DNA from: an uncultured Pirellulaceae bacterium
GTDB taxonomy: Bacteria > Planctomycetota > Planctomycetia > Pirellulales > Pirellulaceae
Reading direction: 5' to 3'
Length of the DNA: 64,000 bases
Assembly: GCA_964433035.1 (NCBI GenBank)
Contig: CAYSQZ010000003.1
Span: 579 to 64,578, forward strand
Shown: positions 37,236 through 46,254 of the stretch, one piece after another
How positions within the stretch are numbered: the stretch's first letter is position 1
Layout: each line of letters opens with the position of its first letter
Translations under genes and position numbers: made by a program
Notes under the pieces: model-generated
Database searches by the model: none
Told to the model about the DNA's origin: nothing
The model's input: only the letters and a program-made list of their open reading frames with translations

Positions 37236-37334
37236 CGCTTCGGACTCCCATGAGTGCAGCTTACGCTGCGAAATTGTTAGTATGAGTTTTGTACTGAGTT
37301 CTAATTCTTGGCTGAACGCCAGGCTTGCTTGTTT

Positions 37335-38219
37335 CTAGTTTCGACTTGAGGACCACGGCTTGTGTGAAATTGCGGCCGGCAAAGGTGTGTTGGGTTTCAC
37401 TGCGCCGTAACTCGTCGGTAAAGGTGTGTTGGATTTCACTGCTCCGTAGCTCGTCGGCAAAGGTGTGTTGGATTTCACTGCTCCGTAGCTCGCAGGCACA
37501 ATCTGGGGAAGCTCGGCATGGATTGGCTCAGAAGTCTTCTGGGTCGGCGAGATCGACAAAGCTTCCCTGCTGATGATCGGTGGCAATCGTGTCGGCTGAG
37601 GTGTTGGAATTGATGGAGCTACTGTTGGCTGTTCGATTGGAGGCAAACTCCGTCGGGCAGCTGCTTGTTGGGCAGCTGTTTTTTTGGCAGCCTCATTCCG
37701 GCTGTTGACAATTGGAATGTCTTGTGGAAGAAGGTGCTTGGTCTTTTCCTGTTTAATTGCAGAGTCAACCAATCGTGAGATCATCACATCATGAAAATCA
37801 CCTGCCTTGTCTTGTTTGGCAGCTGCGACTCCGGCTGGGTAGCCTTCGAACCATGAGTTGACACACTGGGCACCATCTACCGATTGAAATTGAGCTCCTC
37901 GGTAATCCGACGGAGGAAGGGCCGGTACAAATCCGTCGCCACCATTGCAAGTATCAATGTAGCCGGCGCAAAATCCGCTTTCAAAATGCTCCGCGTAAGG
38001 TCGTTGGCAGTTGCCGTAGCGAAGGTTGAATGCACGCTTTGCCCATACGAAGTCTCGATAACCGATGGTGATCGCTTCTCCAAATCCCAGACTACTGACC
38101 GAAGAACAGCCTATCGACTGTGCAACCATCAGTAATGCGAGCGAGAGAACCACGAGCTGGTTCAGGTATCTGGCAAACGGCTTTTTGTTTTCGAGTACTT
38201 CGGCTGATTTGTCGGACAT
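37335..38219 (-). CDS. Lipoprotein-like hypothetical protein with C-terminal 13-aa tandem repeats
   Basis: N-terminal TM/lipobox (MVAQSIGCSS). The C-terminus carries SYGAVKSNTPLPT x3. Confidence 0.6.
   Translation of the reverse strand: MSDKSAEVLENKKPFARYLNQLVVLSLALLMVAQSIGCSSVSSLGFGEAITIGYRDFVWAKRAFNLRYGNCQRPYAEHFESGFCAGYIDTCNGGDGFVPALPPSDYRGAQFQSVDGAQCVNSWFEGYPAGVAAAKQDKAGDFHDVMISRLVDSAIKQEKTKHLLPQDIPIVNSRNEAAKKTAAQQAAARRSLPPIEQPTVAPSIPTPQPTRLPPIISREALSISPTQKTSEPIHAELPQIVPASYGAVKSNTPLPTSYGAVKSNTPLPTSYGAVKPNTPLPAAISHKPWSSSRN
37377..37493. repeat. 39-bp tandem repeat x3 (in frame, inside the 37335..38219 CDS)
   Basis: CGGCAAAGGTGTGTTGG(G/A)TTTCACTGC(G/T)CCGTA(A/G)CTCGT is repeated head to tail. 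It encodes SYGAVK(S/P)NTPLPT. Confidence 0.9.
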
Positions 38220-38453
38220 GATTTCCCCCTACTTGGATTCCAACAAGACACGTGTCTCGAAGGATTTTTAGTGTGGACAACGTCCAACACCTCACCCAAG
38301 TAATCGCCCAATAAGCTATGCGGAATTTAACGAAGATTGCACTTATGCCATTTTTTGCGAAAAAAGTAGTCGTGCAGGCGATTCCTGTATCAAGATCTCC
38401 GATGCTTGCAGGTAAGTGCTGGCGCCATCATTTTTTGTACTGATACGTATTTG

Positions 38454-38521
38454 GCCACGAATAACACGAATCTTGGCGAACAGGAGCTTTCAATATTCGT
38501 GTTTATTAGTGAGATTCGTGG
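38454..38521. repeat. Palindromic CACGAAT/ATTCGTG element, copy 2
   Basis: CCACGAATAACACGAAT ... ATTCGTGTTTATTAGTGAGATTCGTGG. It has the same architecture as 3083-3140 and the same flanking GCAG. Confidence 0.8.
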
Positions 38522-38660
38522 CAGCAAGAAGATTACCTCTTCTTTTTGCTTCGCGATCTCGGGTGCCATGCTGGCGCGCAGCAGAACACGCTTAACCTTT
38601 GCGTAACGTGTTGGTGGCTGGCCAAAGATATATTGCTCAAGCGGAGCTAGCGAGTCGCAA

Positions 38661-39434
38661 TCAGGCGACCTTTCCATTTTCCAGTCGGATCACGTGATCT
38701 GCTTTGCCCGCCAACTGATCATCATGCGTGACCATGACGACGGTCAAATTCTCGTGCTTACGGAGCGCGTCAAGCGTATCCATCACCTCGCTGCCATTCT
38801 GAGCATCAAGATTGCCCGTGGGCTCGTCGGCTAAAAGAATCTTTGGATCCGATACGAGCGAGCGAGCGATCGCGGTTCGTTGCATTTCTCCACCGGAAAG
38901 CTGATTTGGTTTGTGCTTTAGTCTGTGGCTCATCCCGACCATCTCCAGCAATTCGGTGGCACGTTTTTTGTAGGCTCGCTTGTTACGAAGGTACCCGAAG
39001 AAACCATCCTGGACCATTTTAGGAACCAGCACGTTCTCAAGAGTCGTCAATTCAGGCAGCAAATGGTAGAACTGAAAAATCATTCCGAATTGAGAATTTC
39101 GCAGGGCTTCTTTTTTTCGCGACGGGAGATTATCAATTCGCGAACCGGCAAAGTGAATCTCACCACTGTCGGGCCCATCCAGGGTACCGAGCAAATGAAG
39201 CAAGGTGCTTTTTCCAGAGCCGCTTTGACCAATGATCGCAGTGAAATCGCCAGCTTGGATTGACAGTGAAACGCCTTTGAGCACCGGAACTTCGTGCTTT
39301 CCTTTATGGAAGCTCTTGTGCAGGTCATTTGCGGACATCACCGTTTGCTCGGCAATTTTCAAATTCGGAGAACCGTCGCTTTGGCGCTTTCCCTGATTGA
39401 ACTTGATGCTTTGTTTTCTTGCGACATCACTCAT
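38661..39434 (-). CDS. ABC transporter ATP-binding protein (LolD/MacB-type)
   Basis: Walker [13 protein letters not shown], signature LSGGEMQR, Walker [12 protein letters not shown]. The ATG at 39434 overlaps the upstream permease stop by 8 nt (ATGAGTGA). Confidence 0.85.
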   Translation of the reverse strand: MSDVARKQSIKFNQGKRQSDGSPNLKIAEQTVMSANDLHKSFHKGKHEVPVLKGVSLSIQAGDFTAIIGQSGSGKSTLLHLLGTLDGPDSGEIHFAGSRIDNLPSRKKEALRNSQFGMIFQFYHLLPELTTLENVLVPKMVQDGFFGYLRNKRAYKKRATELLEMVGMSHRLKHKPNQLSGGEMQRTAIARSLVSDPKILLADEPTGNLDAQNGSEVMDTLDALRKHENLTVVMVTHDDQLAGKADHVIRLENGKVA

Positions 39435-41142
39435 AGCGAAGTGCCTCCACTGGATGTAGTCGTGCGGCGCGAAGTGCTGGGAGAACACTAGCCAGAACTG
39501 CGATCAGGATCGCTCCAAATCCCACTCCCAAAATCATGAGCGGGCTGATGATGGTCGGGATTTCTGAAAAATAGTAAATCGTTGGATCGAAAATTTCCTG
39601 ACCAGTGACCGTGCCGACAAAATCGGCGATTTCATTGATGTAACGCACAAACACAAGCCCGAGAATGATACCGGCCCCTGTTCCGACGCTACCCAACGAG
39701 ACTCCATAACCCAGGAAGATTGACATCACGCCTCGTGAAGGTGCCCCTAGAGCTTTGAGGATGCCAATGTCTTTCGTTTTTTCCACTACGATCATGTAAA
39801 ACGTCGCCAAAATTCCAAATCCAGCAACTGCAATGATCAAGAACAGGAGAATGTTGAGAATTGTCAGCTCCATGCTTACCGCACTTAGCAACGGTCGTTG
39901 AGTGTCCTGCCAGGTTCGAATGTTATAGTTGAAATGTTCGGGCGGAAACTGGGCAATCAGCTTGTCACGGACCTCATCCAGGTCCGCGCCAGGTTTAAGT
40001 TTGATTTGAATTGTTGAAATGGTTCCTTCGTTGGTAAGCGGATCCATCATTCCACGGATTTGCTGCAACTCACTTAGCGGCATAAATGCGAACGAAGAAT
40101 CATACTCGTGCATATTGGAAGAATAGAAATCGACCACGGTGCAGTTCTCACTGACCGGACGAGCATTCATTCCTACCGTCGGGAACATGATCTGAACGTC
40201 GTCGCCGGGACGGACCATGTAGATATCTTTAAGCTCACCCTCGGCGGTTTGCGATTTTATTTGCGAGATCGCGATGCCCAAAATGATCCCTGTGTACTGA
40301 TCTTTCATTGGATCAAAAAGAGTTTCAGGGTCGATCGCAGGGCGATGTTCTGCGCCGGGATCAAACGGCGAAATACGATGAATTTTTGGTTGGCCTGCTT
40401 GAGATCTCACGGCAGCTGAGAACGCTGGGGCCTCGGTCGGATCCGTTGGTGGCGACTGAGCTGAATGGACGGTGTTGAGGTCGGGAGCTTCACTTGGGAG
40501 CGGCGCCAATTGGAATCCCGCTTCTTCAGGTGCCATACTCTCATCTTCCGAGCCCTCCTGGACCGGTTCAAAGTAACTGGCCGCCGTTACGTCGTAAAGA
40601 TTCTTCTGCTCTTCTTCCCACCGGCGAATACGCTCTCGGTTATCAATCTTTCGGCGCCGATAGTCCCAACCGCCCAGATCAAACAATTCTTCATGCCCGC
40701 TGTTTTCGAGCTTGAACGAGAACCTTTGTTTTTTGGTTGCGCTAGTCAAGTACGGTTCGAAATCGGTGACCTTGCCAAACGTTTCATCATCAATTCCCAG
40801 CAGCATGATTTGCTGTGTGCATTGGCGACCGCGAAAATCGAACGATAGCAGGGCCGGATTTCGAACGACACAGGTTACATCCTGCAGGTCATCGCCGACG
40901 ACATGTTTGACGATCTCAAGATGCTTTTGGGGGTAAGTGATTTCGCCCAAAAGTGGAGCCGAAATCTCGACGTCGGAAAGAATTCCATGAAGCCGGTTTT
41001 TCATCTGATCGACGAAGCCAGCCATGACACTATTGACGACGATCAAAGTCGCCACGCCCAAAGTAACGCTGACAATCGAAGCCAGCGCAATAAATCGTGT
41101 CCTCAGATATCGCCACGACAACAACAGTTTATACATCGCCAA
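39427..41142 (-). CDS. ABC transporter permease, LolC/E-FtsX family with enlarged periplasmic domain
   Basis: N-terminal TM (RYLRTRFIALASIVSVTLGVATLIV), a large extracytoplasmic domain with a low-complexity insert, and a C-terminal FtsX-like 3-TM bundle. Confidence 0.8.
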   Translation of the reverse strand: MAMYKLLLSWRYLRTRFIALASIVSVTLGVATLIVVNSVMAGFVDQMKNRLHGILSDVEISAPLLGEITYPQKHLEIVKHVVGDDLQDVTCVVRNPALLSFDFRGRQCTQQIMLLGIDDETFGKVTDFEPYLTSATKKQRFSFKLENSGHEELFDLGGWDYRRRKIDNRERIRRWEEEQKNLYDVTAASYFEPVQEGSEDESMAPEEAGFQLAPLPSEAPDLNTVHSAQSPPTDPTEAPAFSAAVRSQAGQPKIHRISPFDPGAEHRPAIDPETLFDPMKDQYTGIILGIAISQIKSQTAEGELKDIYMVRPGDDVQIMFPTVGMNARPVSENCTVVDFYSSNMHEYDSSFAFMPLSELQQIRGMMDPLTNEGTISTIQIKLKPGADLDEVRDKLIAQFPPEHFNYNIRTWQDTQRPLLSAVSMELTILNILLFLIIAVAGFGILATFYMIVVEKTKDIGILKALGAPSRGVMSIFLGYGVSLGSVGTGAGIILGLVFVRYINEIADFVGTVTGQEIFDPTIYYFSEIPTIISPLMILGVGFGAILIAVLASVLPALRAARLHPVEALRYE

Positions 41143-41234
41143 TCCTTTGGCTTGTTTGGTCGGCAGGCATCGCCCACCGTCGGATCAAGTCTCAAGCTTC
41201 CGTGCTTGGGCTGACATCATACGCGATTTGGCAA

Positions 41235-42821
41235 TTATTGTTCAGCTCGAAGTAGCGGAAAAAGGATGATATCTCGAATTGATTGCGAATTAGTCAGCAA
41301 CATGACCAGCCGATCGATTCCGATCCCCAAACCACCCGCTGGGGGCATGCCATTTCGTAGCGCCCGAACGAAGTCGTGATCCATTTTGGCCATCGAATCT
41401 TCTTCCGAAAGCCCTTCAAGTTGGTTTTGGAAAAGTTGTTCCTGCAAGTCGGGATCGTTGAGTTCGGTGTAAGCGTTAGCCAATTCCATCCCGTTGATGA
41501 ACAGCTCGAAGCGTTCAGCAACCTCGGGATTATCCGCTTTTCTCTTGGTTAACGGGCAGATGCTAGCAGGGTAGTCGGTTACAAACACCGGACCAACCAA
41601 AGCATCTTCGACCTTCTCTTCGAACACTTCATTTTTGATGACGTCTGGGTGCTTGCCTTCAACGGGCAGGCCAAGCGACGCCGCATATTCTTTTACCGCC
41701 TCGCCGTCCGTCGGATCCACGCCGGTGTTTTCGGCAAACAACTCGTCATAGGTCTTTCTGGCAAAGGGCGTAGAAAAGTCAACTTGCGTGTCGCCATATG
41801 GGACCGTTGTACCAGCACCGATGGCTTGCAGTGCGTTTGCTATCACCGCTTCGGTCAGATCCATCATCGAGCGGTAGTCACCGTAAGCCTGATAGACCTC
41901 GATCATCGTGAATTCAGGATTGTGCTTGGGGCTGATTCCTTCGTTTCTATATACTCGGCCAAGTTCAAAAACGCGTTCCATTCCCCCAACCATCAAACGC
42001 TTGAGGTGAAGCTCAAGCGCGATCCGCATATTGAGCGGCATGTCGAGGGCGTTGTGGTGTGTTTCAAAAGGGCGCGCCGCTGCTCCACCAGCGATTGAGT
42101 GAAGCGTTGGCCCTTCGACTTCTACGAAGTCCTGGCTGGTTAACGTCTGGCGAATTGAAGAAACGATTTTGGAGCGATCGAGAAACCGGTCGCGCACGCC
42201 TTCGTTGTAAGCCAGATCAACATAGCGCCTGCGCTGTCGAAGCTCAGCATCGACGAGTCCTTTGTGTTTGGCTGGTGGTTGGTCAAGCGTCTTGCAAAGG
42301 ATGTAAATTTTTTCAGCAAAAATAGACAGCTCACCGGTCTGGGTTCGGCGAAGCATTCCATCGATTCCAATCAGGTCTCCCAAGTCAAGGCATTCGATGA
42401 GCGCCCAGTTTTCGTCACCGACCTGGTTGCGTCCAACGAATAGCTGGATTCTTCCCGTCCAGTCTTCGATGTCGATGAATTGGAGTTTCCCTTTGTCGCG
42501 ATGCAAAAGAATTCGGCCGGCGGCGCGGACTTTCGGCCCTGAGAGAGTGCCTTTGCCCTGCTCTTTGCACCAATCACGGAAACTTGTTTCACCAAGCTCC
42601 GATTCGCTCGGCAACGAAGTTTCTTCGCCCGATTCGCTGACGAACTTAATTTCCGATTCTCGGGCTCGGATGTCGCCAATCATATCTCGGTCGTCAAAAC
42701 GATGACCATAAGGATCATAGCCAAGCTCGATCAATTTCCCGAGCTTGGCGCGTCGGGAATCTTCAGCGCCGGTTGCGTCATTGTCCATGGTTGGTTCTGG
42801 CTTGGTAGTCTCAGTATTCAT
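41235..42821 (-). CDS. lysS: Lysine--tRNA ligase (class II)
   Basis: OB-fold N-domain, class II motifs (RVYRNEGISPKHNPEFTMIE, GGLGIGIDRLVMLL). The start is probably the ATG at 42821; the ORF extends to 42926. Confidence 0.95.
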   Translation of the reverse strand: MNTETTKPEPTMDNDATGAEDSRRAKLGKLIELGYDPYGHRFDDRDMIGDIRARESEIKFVSESGEETSLPSESELGETSFRDWCKEQGKGTLSGPKVRAAGRILLHRDKGKLQFIDIEDWTGRIQLFVGRNQVGDENWALIECLDLGDLIGIDGMLRRTQTGELSIFAEKIYILCKTLDQPPAKHKGLVDAELRQRRRYVDLAYNEGVRDRFLDRSKIVSSIRQTLTSQDFVEVEGPTLHSIAGGAAARPFETHHNALDMPLNMRIALELHLKRLMVGGMERVFELGRVYRNEGISPKHNPEFTMIEVYQAYGDYRSMMDLTEAVIANALQAIGAGTTVPYGDTQVDFSTPFARKTYDELFAENTGVDPTDGEAVKEYAASLGLPVEGKHPDVIKNEVFEEKVEDALVGPVFVTDYPASICPLTKRKADNPEVAERFELFINGMELANAYTELNDPDLQEQLFQNQLEGLSEEDSMAKMDHDFVRALRNGMPPAGGLGIGIDRLVMLLTNSQSIRDIILFPLLRAEQ

Positions 42822-43005
42822 GCGACCCATTCTAAGGAAACGACAAGTTTTGTCGTAGTGGGTTCGGAATATTTGTTTCCAATCAAGCAGAGCCGACAGG
42901 GAGTGGCGAATCTTGCCTTGCATCAACAGCCCGATGTCTAACTGGCGAAAGAGAAGCAGTTACACAGGATGAATCCAAAGTAGTGGACGAGGCTAATTGT
43001 TCCAA

Positions 43006-43119
43006 GATCATTGAAGTTTAGCGATGGTGATTAAAACGCGGAGTTCGCGGAGAGCTTGGGAGCAAGCTTTTTGGTACACAGATTTCAAACGTCCGGCCCG
43101 AGTTCGCGATGCCTCAATC
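43006..43119. repeat. Intergenic direct repeat, copy A (about 115 bp)
   Basis: GATCATTGAAGTTTAGCGATGGTGATTAAAACGCGGAG..TTCGCGGAG...GGTACACAGATTTCAAAC.GTCCGGCCCGAGTTCGCGATGC aligns with 43305-43430. Confidence 0.85.
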
Positions 43120-43240
43120 GCTCTTAGCCTCGCCCACTAACTTTATACGAGTCCTGAGATAGGTACTCAATCGCCGACCAATATTTGCTGCGTCACATGT
43201 TGACCCTTAATCCACCATCCACATCCGATTCTTCTTTACT

Positions 43241-43268
43241 TCTCCGCGCCCTCCGCTGCTCCGCGTTT
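43241..43268. repeat. Inverted partial copy of the CGCGGAG-rich core of the 43006/43305 repeat
   Basis: TCTCCGCGCCCTCCGCTGCTCCGCGTTT is the reverse complement of AAACGCGGAGCAGCGGAGGGCGCGGAGA. Confidence 0.75.
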
Positions 43269-43304
43269 CAAAATTCTTAAGACTGTATCGTTCAAAAATC
43301 GTTT

Positions 43305-43430
43305 GATCATTGAATGTTAGCGATGGTGATTAAAACGCGGAGGCGCGGAGTTCGCGGAGGGCTAGAGGATCAGGCATTTTCAGTACACAGATTCCAAAAA
43401 AGCTCCGGCCCGAGTTCGCGATGCACAATC
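43305..43430. repeat. Intergenic direct repeat, copy B (about 126 bp)
   Basis: Same as copy A, with an extra GCGCGGAG unit and small indels. Confidence 0.85.
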
Positions 43431-43470
43431 ACTACCGAAAAATGTTGACGCGATAGTCTTGAAATTACTT

Positions 43471-44259
43471 TTACTGACCAAACCTCGCCATGACCCGGTT
43501 GGCGATACCAGGAATTAAGCGATCAAGCCAAACGATGAACCGCCCGCCATGCGTCAAAATGATTTCGTGCTTGCCTTTTTTTATCGCCCGGATCGTTTTG
43601 GCGGCAACGACTTCTGGCGGCATCGCACTGTGGGCCTTCCAGTTTTTACCAGTCTTGTCCTCGATTGCACTATCGAAAAACTCACTGTCGGTCGTGCTGG
43701 GACTGACCAGTAACAGGTCAATGTTGTCTTTGGTTAGTTCGGCTCTGATCGAATCACTGAAACCATGAAGCGCGAACTTGCTCGCACAGTATTCGCTTTT
43801 GAGCGGCGCTGCCCGGTGGCCCAGCACGCTGCTGATGTTAACGATGATTGGTTCGCTGCCCTGTTTTATTAAACCAAGAGACTCACGGATCATGTCGGCA
43901 ACCGCGAAGAAATTGACTTCGAAAATTTTGCGCATTCGATTCTCGTTGGCTTCGTCGAACCGGCCCATCGCCCCGATCCCGGCGTTGTTGATCAAAATAT
44001 CAAGGCCGCCAAGCTTGGCCTTGCAGGTTTGCACCAACTGGGCTCTTGTTTGCGGTTGGGTTACGTCACCTGCAACCCAAAAGCATTTTCCGCCAGAGGC
44101 CTCGATCTTGTCTTTTAATTCGATAAGACGTTCTTCACGTCTGGCGCAGATGACGATGTCGACTTGCTCCTGGGCCAATTGAAGAGCCAAGTGCCAACCG
44201 ATACCGCTTGAAGCGCCCGTGATCACCGCACGTTTGTTTTTTAGGCCTCGTTTTGCCAC
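43471..44259 (-). CDS. Short-chain dehydrogenase/reductase (SDR)
   Basis: TGASSGIG cofactor motif, NNAG, and the catalytic S...YxxxK (YCASK). Confidence 0.9.
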   Translation of the reverse strand: MAKRGLKNKRAVITGASSGIGWHLALQLAQEQVDIVICARREERLIELKDKIEASGGKCFWVAGDVTQPQTRAQLVQTCKAKLGGLDILINNAGIGAMGRFDEANENRMRKIFEVNFFAVADMIRESLGLIKQGSEPIIVNISSVLGHRAAPLKSEYCASKFALHGFSDSIRAELTKDNIDLLLVSPSTTDSEFFDSAIEDKTGKNWKAHSAMPPEVVAAKTIRAIKKGKHEIILTHGGRFIVWLDRLIPGIANRVMARFGQ

Positions 44260-44279
44260 TGGTTGCTTCTCTGGGCTGG

Positions 44280-45833
44280 CTAGGGCGTGTCATCCAGTGG
44301 GATTTCCGGCTCGATCGACATCGTATTGTCTACAGGAATCGATGGCGAGGGAGCGTTGCGAGATTCTAACGCGGCGCCGTTGTCTCGGGTTGAATTGTGA
44401 GAGCCAGGTATTAGCGACTCAGTTACGTCGAGCGTTGGTGACGGTGGAAGCGGCGCTTCACTTGTCTGGCTTGTTGCAGCGCTGCCGGAATCGCAGGTGT
44501 CGTCGTGCGATTTACTTTCGTCTTCTTGTTCATCCGAATTGATCCAACCCGCGGGGCTGTGCGGCGTGATGATCGTATCGGTCGGGTCGATTCGGCCAAG
44601 ATACTTTTGCGGAATCCGGCAATGAACTCGGACCATATCCTCGCCATACTGAGTCGAAAGGATCTCACCTTTGGCGGCAATGTAAGCCAACAATTTTCCG
44701 TTGCTAACATGCATCTCGATATCGACGTCTTGAAACGAACGGCTCAGCGCGTCACTGACGACTGAATGGAGTTTCTCAAAACCGAGACGTGTCTTTGCGC
44801 TAACCGGTACCGCATTGGGATATCGGTTCAATACCGAATCGAGATTGGCCAGATTCTTGATCTGGTCCACTTTGTTAAGCACCAACAACGTGTCTTTTTC
44901 TTCGATCCCCAGTTCCTGAAGCACGTCGTAGACGGCTGTAATTTGGTCTGAAACGCTTGGGCTACTCGCGTCGGCAACGTGGATCAATAGATCGGCTTGC
45001 CGAGTTTCTTCGAGCGTTGCTTTGAAACTTGCAATCAAACTATGCGGCAAATCCCTGATGAATCCGACCGTGTCACTGAGTAAAACGGGGCCCCAGTTTG
45101 GTAGCGTCCACCTGCGTGTTCTGGTGTCGAGTGTTGCAAAGAGTTTGTCTTCGGCCAGAACTTTGGCTTTGGTAAGCGAGTTCATTAGTGTGCTTTTGCC
45201 GGCGTTGGTATAACCTACCAGCGAGACTGTCATCGTGCCTTTGCGAGACGCGACCTGGCGTTCCTTTCGTTTCTCGACTTTGGCCAGTTCAGATTTAAGG
45301 TCGTGGATTCTCTTTTCAACCAACCGGCGGTCAGTCTCCAATTGTTTTTCACCCGGACCACGCATGCCCACACCCATTTTCAAACGCGACAAGTGAGTCC
45401 ACATGCGTTTGAGTCGGGGAAGTGAATATTGAAGCTGTGCCAGTTCCACCGCCAACCGCGACTCGTACGTTTGAGCATGGGTCGCGAAAATGTCAAGAAT
45501 CAACTCCGTTCGGTCGAGGACTTTGACTTCCAGAGCGACTTCAAGGTTGCGGTTTTGCGCCGGCGAAAGTTCGTTGTCAAAAATAACGACGTCAGCCGCG
45601 TGGAACTCAACCAGTTGCTTCAGTTCGTCGACTTTTCCTTTGCCCAGATAGGTCGCTGGGTTGGGTTGTTCTCGCCGTTGAACTAAGCCGGTGATGACAT
45701 TGGCACCCGCCGTCTCTGCCAAACCCTGGATCTCGCCCAGCGGATCAAAATCCAATGGGTCGGTCGGCAAGCAAACACGAACGACAATGGCGAACTCTTG
45801 TTCAACTTGTTGTGCGCGTTTACGGTCCTGCAC
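44280..45833 (-). CDS. hflX: GTPase HflX with C-terminal low-complexity extension
   Basis: HflX N-domain (DELSPAQNRNLE, ILDIFATHA), G1 GYTNAGKST, G3 DTVGF and G4 NKVD. Confidence 0.9.
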   Translation of the reverse strand: MQDRKRAQQVEQEFAIVVRVCLPTDPLDFDPLGEIQGLAETAGANVITGLVQRREQPNPATYLGKGKVDELKQLVEFHAADVVIFDNELSPAQNRNLEVALEVKVLDRTELILDIFATHAQTYESRLAVELAQLQYSLPRLKRMWTHLSRLKMGVGMRGPGEKQLETDRRLVEKRIHDLKSELAKVEKRKERQVASRKGTMTVSLVGYTNAGKSTLMNSLTKAKVLAEDKLFATLDTRTRRWTLPNWGPVLLSDTVGFIRDLPHSLIASFKATLEETRQADLLIHVADASSPSVSDQITAVYDVLQELGIEEKDTLLVLNKVDQIKNLANLDSVLNRYPNAVPVSAKTRLGFEKLHSVVSDALSRSFQDVDIEMHVSNGKLLAYIAAKGEILSTQYGEDMVRVHCRIPQKYLGRIDPTDTIITPHSPAGWINSDEQEDESKSHDDTCDSGSAATSQTSEAPLPPSPTLDVTESLIPGSHNSTRDNGAALESRNAPSPSIPVDNTMSIEPEIPLDDTP

Positions 45834-46254
45834 GGTGTCGTCTCACTCCCAGAATTTTTAAGATCGTATTTAAAAGATATTCGAGTTGTATTTTGATTGA
45901 TAAATCAAGGACAGCGTCAGTATCGCTTTGAAGCATCGTTCAAAGTGGCACTCGTTCAATTATAGTCGAATTCGGCAGTAATTAAGAGACGAGTACAATC
46001 CGTTTATAGATGAGTTTCAGCGGCTTAACGAACGTACGCTTCCACGCTTGGAGAGATAAATTGAGCCAAAGGTTCAATGCTTCGAGGAAAATATTAGTCG
46101 TTGGCGACAATAACGAGTCCATGTTGGTCATCATTGGTTTTGCAACTGTCGTAAGAAAATTTTATGCAAAATATTTTTGTGCTAAGTTGCTACCTGTGCT
46201 TAGTCGCTTTTGCTTTTCAGTTCGCTTTTGATTCTGCAATCATCGGAGTATTTG

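Noticed and set aside
37377-37493. A possible CRISPR array
   Set aside because: The 39-bp units are contiguous with no spacers, are in frame within a CDS, and there are no cas genes.
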